Shown: positions 59,275 through 64,000 of the stretch, piece after piece
Numbering within the stretch: the stretch's first letter is position 1
Layout: each line of letters opens with the position of its first letter
Assembly (NCBI GenBank): GCA_963803435.1
Contig: CAWDML010000009.1
Location: 512,001-576,000 of the forward strand
Length of the DNA stretch: 64,000 nt
Reading direction: 5' to 3'
Origin: an uncultured delta proteobacterium
GTDB taxonomy: Bacteria > Myxococcota > Kuafuiibacteriia > Kuafuiibacteriales > Kuafuiibacteriaceae
Translations under genes and position numbers: made by a program
The notes under the pieces: model-generated
Database searches by the model: none
Seen by the model: the letters and a program-made list of their open reading frames with translations, nothing else
What the model was told of the DNA's origin: nothing

Positions 59275-60810
59275 ATGCTCCGGCCTGTCCTCGCCGGCCT
59301 GTTCGCGGCCGTGCTCTTCACGGCGTGCAAGGCGGAAGAATGTCCACCGCTGATCGTGGTCAGCGATGCGACCTGCAGCACCACTCAGGACTGCATCGAC
59401 GACGGCTTCCCCACGCTGAGCTGCGTCGGCGGGATCTGCCGCCGCCCCTGTCTCCGCGATCGGGACTGCGTCCTGCCGGCGCTCGAGTCCGACGATCCGT
59501 GCATCACGAAGATCGAGCCCCAGAAGCCCGCGGTCTGCGAGGACCAGCTCTGCATCGACGGCTGCACCGGCGACGCCGACTGCAGCGGCGGTCAGACCTG
59601 CAGTGGGGGTCGCTGTGTGTACTTCGCCGAGGGGTTCGAGGATCTCGATCGCGACGGCGCTGTCTCGCTCGACCAGCTGATGTGGAACACGGTGGGCAAG
59701 GAGCTCAAGAACCTGCGCACCGCGATCGCCTGGATCGGCATGCCCGGCTGCAACCTGGGCGACACGCGCTGCGCCGGCGTGGCCGCCGAGGGCGATCGCT
59801 TCGTGGCGCTCGAGGCGGTGCCCACGCCCGAGAAGGGGACGCCCGACGTGACGCTGACCTGCCGCTCGTGCGCCTGCTGCCTCGACTGCCTGGTCAACCC
59901 GCCGCGGTTGCCGGCGCTGATCCCCAGCTGTCCCATCGGCAGCACGATCCCGATCGCATTGACCTGCGAGACCGCCATGCCCGCCAACTGCACGAACGTC
60001 TGCAACGACTGCCAGCAGTGCGTCTCCTCCTCGGTGCCGCTCGGCGAGCGCCTGCTGTCGTGCGAGATGGACGCGGCCGAGCGCACCTGCTCGAGCTGTC
60101 CCAGCTGCGACGCCATGGCCTGTGAGACCTGTCGAACCACCAGCTGTCCCTCCTGCTCGAACCTCGACTCGGAGGCCTGCAGGAGCTGTGAGGCGGCGAG
60201 CTGCAGCGCGTGTACGCCGTGCCGCGCGTGCAACGTCTGTAGCCGCGCGCTCGACTGCGAGCTGTCCGATCCGGGGAGCGCCGCCTGCATCTCGAACCGC
60301 GCCGCCTGCGACGCGCAGGGGTCCGACGGCTGCTATCCGACGCCGGTCAACTATCCGCGGGCGCAGCTCACCGATCTGGAGCAGTCGCTGGTGTCGCCGC
60401 CGATCGACCTGTCCGCCGCCACCGGTCCGATCTCGCTGCAGTTCGAGTACGTGCCGTTCAACGTCGGGGACCGTTACCGGCCCGGGATCCAGGGCACACC
60501 GGCCTCGATGTGGCCCGACGCGGCCCAGGAGATCGTGGTCCAGCTGTGCCCGCGCGATTGCGGCAACGAGGCCAGCTGGAGCGACGCCCTGCTGGTCAAC
60601 GGCGCCCGCGCCAGCTTTCCGCCCGCCACGCAGCGCGGCAACGGCCTCTCGCTCGGGCGCCAGAGCTCGATCGACTGGGGGAGCGGCCGGCTCGAGGTCG
60701 ACATCCCCGAGGGCATGCGGACCTCCGAGCTCCGCTTCCGCTTCCTTCCCCGCCTCGACGCCAACGTCCAGGTCGGCGTGGACAACATCCTGATCCGGAG
60801 TCGGCAATGA
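59275..60810 (+). CDS. Cys-rich lipoprotein
   Basis: FTAC lipobox; many CxxC units inside a beta-sandwich (FAEGFE...VDNILI). Confidence 0.8.
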   Translation: MLRPVLAGLFAAVLFTACKAEECPPLIVVSDATCSTTQDCIDDGFPTLSCVGGICRRPCLRDRDCVLPALESDDPCITKIEPQKPAVCEDQLCIDGCTGDADCSGGQTCSGGRCVYFAEGFEDLDRDGAVSLDQLMWNTVGKELKNLRTAIAWIGMPGCNLGDTRCAGVAAEGDRFVALEAVPTPEKGTPDVTLTCRSCACCLDCLVNPPRLPALIPSCPIGSTIPIALTCETAMPANCTNVCNDCQQCVSSSVPLGERLLSCEMDAAERTCSSCPSCDAMACETCRTTSCPSCSNLDSEACRSCEAASCSACTPCRACNVCSRALDCELSDPGSAACISNRAACDAQGSDGCYPTPVNYPRAQLTDLEQSLVSPPIDLSAATGPISLQFEYVPFNVGDRYRPGIQGTPASMWPDAAQEIVVQLCPRDCGNEASWSDALLVNGARASFPPATQRGNGLSLGRQSSIDWGSGRLEVDIPEGMRTSELRFRFLPRLDANVQVGVDNILIRSRQ

Positions 60811-62157
60811 GGAGCTCGACCGTCGCCCTGGTGCTGCTCGCGGCCTGCGGTGACAGCACCGCCACCGTCACGGTGAGCCTGTCGGCCTCCACCGCCGAGG
60901 AGCTCAACCCGTTCGATCCGACGACCGGGCTGTCGAAGATCAGGATCAAGGTCGACGGCCCCGATCAGCACGATGACGCGGTCATCGATCTTCCGCTGGG
61001 CCAGCGCGAGGTGAAGTTCGAGAAGTTCCCCACCGGCATGGACGTCGTGGTCCGCGCCGACGGCTTCGACGAGTTCGGCAACGTGGTGGCGTTCGGGCGC
61101 GAGGATCGCCTCACCCTCGACGGCAACCTGACCGTCACCATCCCGTTCAGGCGCAATCTGGCCTACGTCATCCACCAGGCCGAGGATCGGCCGGCACAAC
61201 CGGGCGCGCACATCTACCTCATCGACATCTCCAGCCGGACGCTGGTGAAGAAGCTCGCGCTCCCGGGCGCGAATCCACGGGCCCGAGGGATCTCGGCCCG
61301 CGGCGGCGCGTCGATGCTGGTCACCTACGACGACGGTGCGCAGTCGTTCGTCGGCGTGATCTCCGCCGACACGGACGAGGTGCGGCCGCTGGCCTTGATG
61401 CGTTCGCAGACGATGGCGATCGCCTCGCCCAAGAGCTCGACGGCGGTGGTGGCGGGCGGCGGCTTCATCAGCTTCCTCGACCTGGAGAGCGGCGCCAACG
61501 ACGTCTACCCGATGCAGGTGGGCGGGAAGGTCCTCGACGCCGCCATCTCGCCCGACGGCAGCCGCGCGATCATCGTGCTCGAATCGGGCCGCGCTCGACG
61601 TCGACGTGGTCCGGCGGACGGTGGAGCAGATCGCGATCCTCCCCGATCCGTCGGGCGTGGCCATCGGCCTGGACGGCCGGGTCGCCTATCTGACCTCGAG
61701 CACCGAGGGGACGGTCGGGCAGATCAACCTGGCGGGGCAGGACGCGAACGTGATCCAGGACGGCGCCTTCGTGCGTCCCGTGGTCGGGGCCACCTACTCG
61801 GAGGAGATGAATGCGGTCCTCGGTGTCAACGTGAACGCCTCGAACGGCGCGTCGCGTGTGATCGCCTTCGTGGTGCTGCCGCCGGAGGGCCTCTCCCTCG
61901 AAGAGGGGACGCAGGCGCTCAACTATCCGGCCGGCATCGCCTCGGACGGCGCCGGTCGCCGCGTCATCGTGGTCTCGGTCGGTACCTCGTCGGCGACCGC
62001 GGGCCTCACCGTGATCGACACCTTCCCGGATCACCTGCCGGATGGCAGCTCCACGCTCTACCCGCTCGATCCGGACGACACCTATCTGTCGCCGAAGGGG
62101 ACGCTGCTCAAACAGCGCTGGCGTCCCGCCGCCGTCGCGGTCATATACGGGCGGTGA
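60807..62157 (+). CDS. YncE-like beta-propeller lipoprotein, frameshifted near 61588
   Basis: LAAC lipobox; AISPDGSRA, PSGVAIGLDGRVAY, PAGIASDG repeats across two frames. Confidence 0.75.
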
Positions 62158-63353
62158 AGACGCTCCGGGAGGGCGCGGAGGAGGTCGCCCGGCGGCTGCG
62201 CGCGCACGGCTTCGAGGCCTACTTCGCCGGGGGCTGCGTGCGCGATCGCGTGCTCGGGATCCCGCCGAAGGACTTCGACGTCGTCACCAACGCGAAGCCC
62301 GAAGAGGTCAGCGGTCTATTCAAGCGAACGATCCAGGTCGGCGCGGCCTTCGGCGTCGTGAAGGTGCAGGTCGGCCGGGGTCTCGAGTACGAGGTCGCGA
62401 CTTACCGGACCGACGGTGTCTACATCGACGGGCGCCGCCCGGACGAGGTGCGCTACTCCGACTCGGTCGAGGAGGACGTCAAGCGGCGCGACTTCACCAT
62501 CAACGCGCTGCTCGAGGATCCCGACACCGGCGAGATCCTGGACTTCGTGGGCGGCCGCGACGACCTGGAGGCCGGCGTCATCCGGGCCGTGGGAGACGCG
62601 AAGAAGCGCGTGGCCGAGGATCGCCTGCGGATGCTCCGCGCCGTGCGCTTCGCCGCCCGCTTCGGCTTTACCATCGAGCCCGACACGCTCGACGCCGTCG
62701 CGAGCCACGCGGCCGAGATCGTCGACGTGAGCCCGGAGCGCATCACCGCCGAGCTCGAGGGCATCTGGAGCTCGGCCCGTCCCGGCCTCGGCCTCCGCCT
62801 GCTCGACGCGAGCGGCCTCCGCCCGCACGTGCTCCCGTTCCTCCACGACGTGGCGGCGGCGGCGCTCCGCCTCGATCGCCTGGCGTCGCTGGGGCGCGAG
62901 CCCGAGCCCGCGCGCTGGATCGCCTGGGCGGTGCTCTTCGGCGGCGCCGCGCTGGCACGCGCCGACATCGATCGAAGGATGCGCGCGCTGAAGCTGTCGC
63001 GCGAGCACATCCGCAACGTCCAGCTCCTGGTGGCCGCGCTCGGCGAGCCTGAGACCATCCGGCTGGTGGTCTCGGAGAGCGCACCGCTCATCGCCGACTT
63101 TCTCCGCGCGTACCACGGCGATCCCTCGGAGCCCGTCCGCGCCTGGCGTGCGGTCGAGGCCGAGCTCGCACGCGATCCTCTCCCGCCGCTGCCGGTGCTC
63201 ACCGGCGAGGACCTCAAGGCGCTGGGGATCGCGCCGGGACCCGCGTTCAAGCGGATTCTCGACGACGTCGAGCGCGGGGTGCTGTTCCGGAGGATCCGTT
63301 CGAAAGAGGAGGCGGTGCACTACGTTCGCGCTCAGTACTTGAGCAGCTTGTGA
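62154..63353 (+). CDS. cca: CCA tRNA nucleotidyltransferase / poly(A) polymerase family
   Basis: GGCVRD, KDFDV, EVATYRTD, DVKRRDFTINA, EDRLRMLRAVRF, SPERI. Confidence 0.9.
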   Translation: MKTLREGAEEVARRLRAHGFEAYFAGGCVRDRVLGIPPKDFDVVTNAKPEEVSGLFKRTIQVGAAFGVVKVQVGRGLEYEVATYRTDGVYIDGRRPDEVRYSDSVEEDVKRRDFTINALLEDPDTGEILDFVGGRDDLEAGVIRAVGDAKKRVAEDRLRMLRAVRFAARFGFTIEPDTLDAVASHAAEIVDVSPERITAELEGIWSSARPGLGLRLLDASGLRPHVLPFLHDVAAAALRLDRLASLGREPEPARWIAWAVLFGGAALARADIDRRMRALKLSREHIRNVQLLVAALGEPETIRLVVSESAPLIADFLRAYHGDPSEPVRAWRAVEAELARDPLPPLPVLTGEDLKALGIAPGPAFKRILDDVERGVLFRRIRSKEEAVHYVRAQYLSSL

Positions 63354-63988
63354 ATGTGGCGCAGCTCCCAGCGCTTGGCCTTCTCGTAGTGCTCGAACCG
63401 CCGCTCGTCGACGAGGAACGCGGGCGTGTGGACGCAGCGGCGCCCGCCCTCGGTCTGCTCCACGCCGTGGACCTCGTGGAGCATCTCGTGGAACACCACC
63501 GAGGCCACGAAGTACTCGGGCACGAACGGCTGATCGAGCGCCGGATGGATGCGGATCAGCTTCTGCTCGTCGCAGTACGAGCCCATGCGGATGCTGCTTC
63601 GCCGCTGGTTCTTGAGCGCCCGCGTCCAGGTGATCCGCGCCGCGATCTTGGTGTCGAAGTAGCACTCGTTGAGGTCGTCGAAGATCATCTGGAGGTCGTA
63701 ACACTCGCCGCGGGGCAAGAGCGGCGGGTCGTCGTCCCGCGATCGCTTGATCAGGTGCCGGTTTGCTTCGATCCACTCGTCGATCATCCGGGCCTGACGC
63801 TTGGACGCGCGTCCTCGCACGAAGGAGCTGACGGACACGAGCACATCGTTGTCGGCGTCGGCGAAGATCGCGTGGAGGCGGACGTAGAGCACGCCCCGGC
63901 GCTCCTTGAACGAGATCATGGTGCTGCGGTTGTCGGTGAGTGTGACGATGACCTTCGGTCCGATGCGGTCGCGGAGCACCCGCTCCAC
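63332..63988 (-). CDS. SprT/YgjP-like zinc metalloprotease, possibly extending beyond the window
   Basis: IFDDLNECYF, MGSY, IRIHPALD, FHEMLH. Confidence 0.85.
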   Translation of the reverse strand: MERVLRDRIGPKVIVTLTDNRSTMISFKERRGVLYVRLHAIFADADNDVLVSVSSFVRGRASKRQARMIDEWIEANRHLIKRSRDDDPPLLPRGECYDLQMIFDDLNECYFDTKIAARITWTRALKNQRRSSIRMGSYCDEQKLIRIHPALDQPFVPEYFVASVVFHEMLHEVHGVEQTEGGRRCVHTPAFLVDERRFEHYEKAKRWELRHIHKLLKY

Positions 63989-64000
63989 CCGGACCTGGCC

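Noticed and set aside
60510-63353. Apparent 947-aa beta-propeller-CCA enzyme fusion
   Set aside because: Artefact of a frameshift near 61588; the propeller ends at 62157 and cca starts at GTG 62154

Overview
GC-rich bacterial window. The many Ser/Thr kinases, PEGA/FHA proteins, Cys-rich lipoproteins and an M57-like protease suggest Myxococcota. It has three parts. (1) 1-18 kb: mixed accessory genes (metalloprotease, ECF sigma plus cytochrome c, Cu-monooxygenase-like lipoprotein, VOC, ICL/PEPM, SGNH, YciI, MFS, MgtC/DUF4010, truncated hemoglobin, GT1 glycosyltransferase). (2) 18.07-28.1 kb: an island-like region ending at a chromosomal tRNA-Val(GAC). It carries a 2.4-kb co-oriented array of about 20 tRNA genes, none encoding CCA and many atypical: 8/4 tRNA-Ser, Arg-GCG, short-arm Leu, C33 Glu and Ala. 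A sigma70-like promoter, a 48-codon leader ORF and mutually exclusive 1:2 / 2:3 / 3:4 hairpins precede the array and look like a ribosome-controlled attenuator. The array also embeds a non-tRNA structured RNA and a circularly permuted tRNA-like module. Downstream lie a duplicated polymorphic toxin-immunity-like pair and decayed defence genes (DUF4041-T5orf172 nuclease; BREX PglY ATPase fragment). (3) 28-64 kb: core-like genes (kinases, M20 peptidase, OYE, frmA, sthA, a PhnD-like/MMPL/LolA-like transport operon, holA, a CCA-adding enzyme, a SprT-like protease). Scattered single-base frameshifts, some in otherwise intact genes, suggest assembly errors. All calls come from reading motifs by eye; no searches were run.
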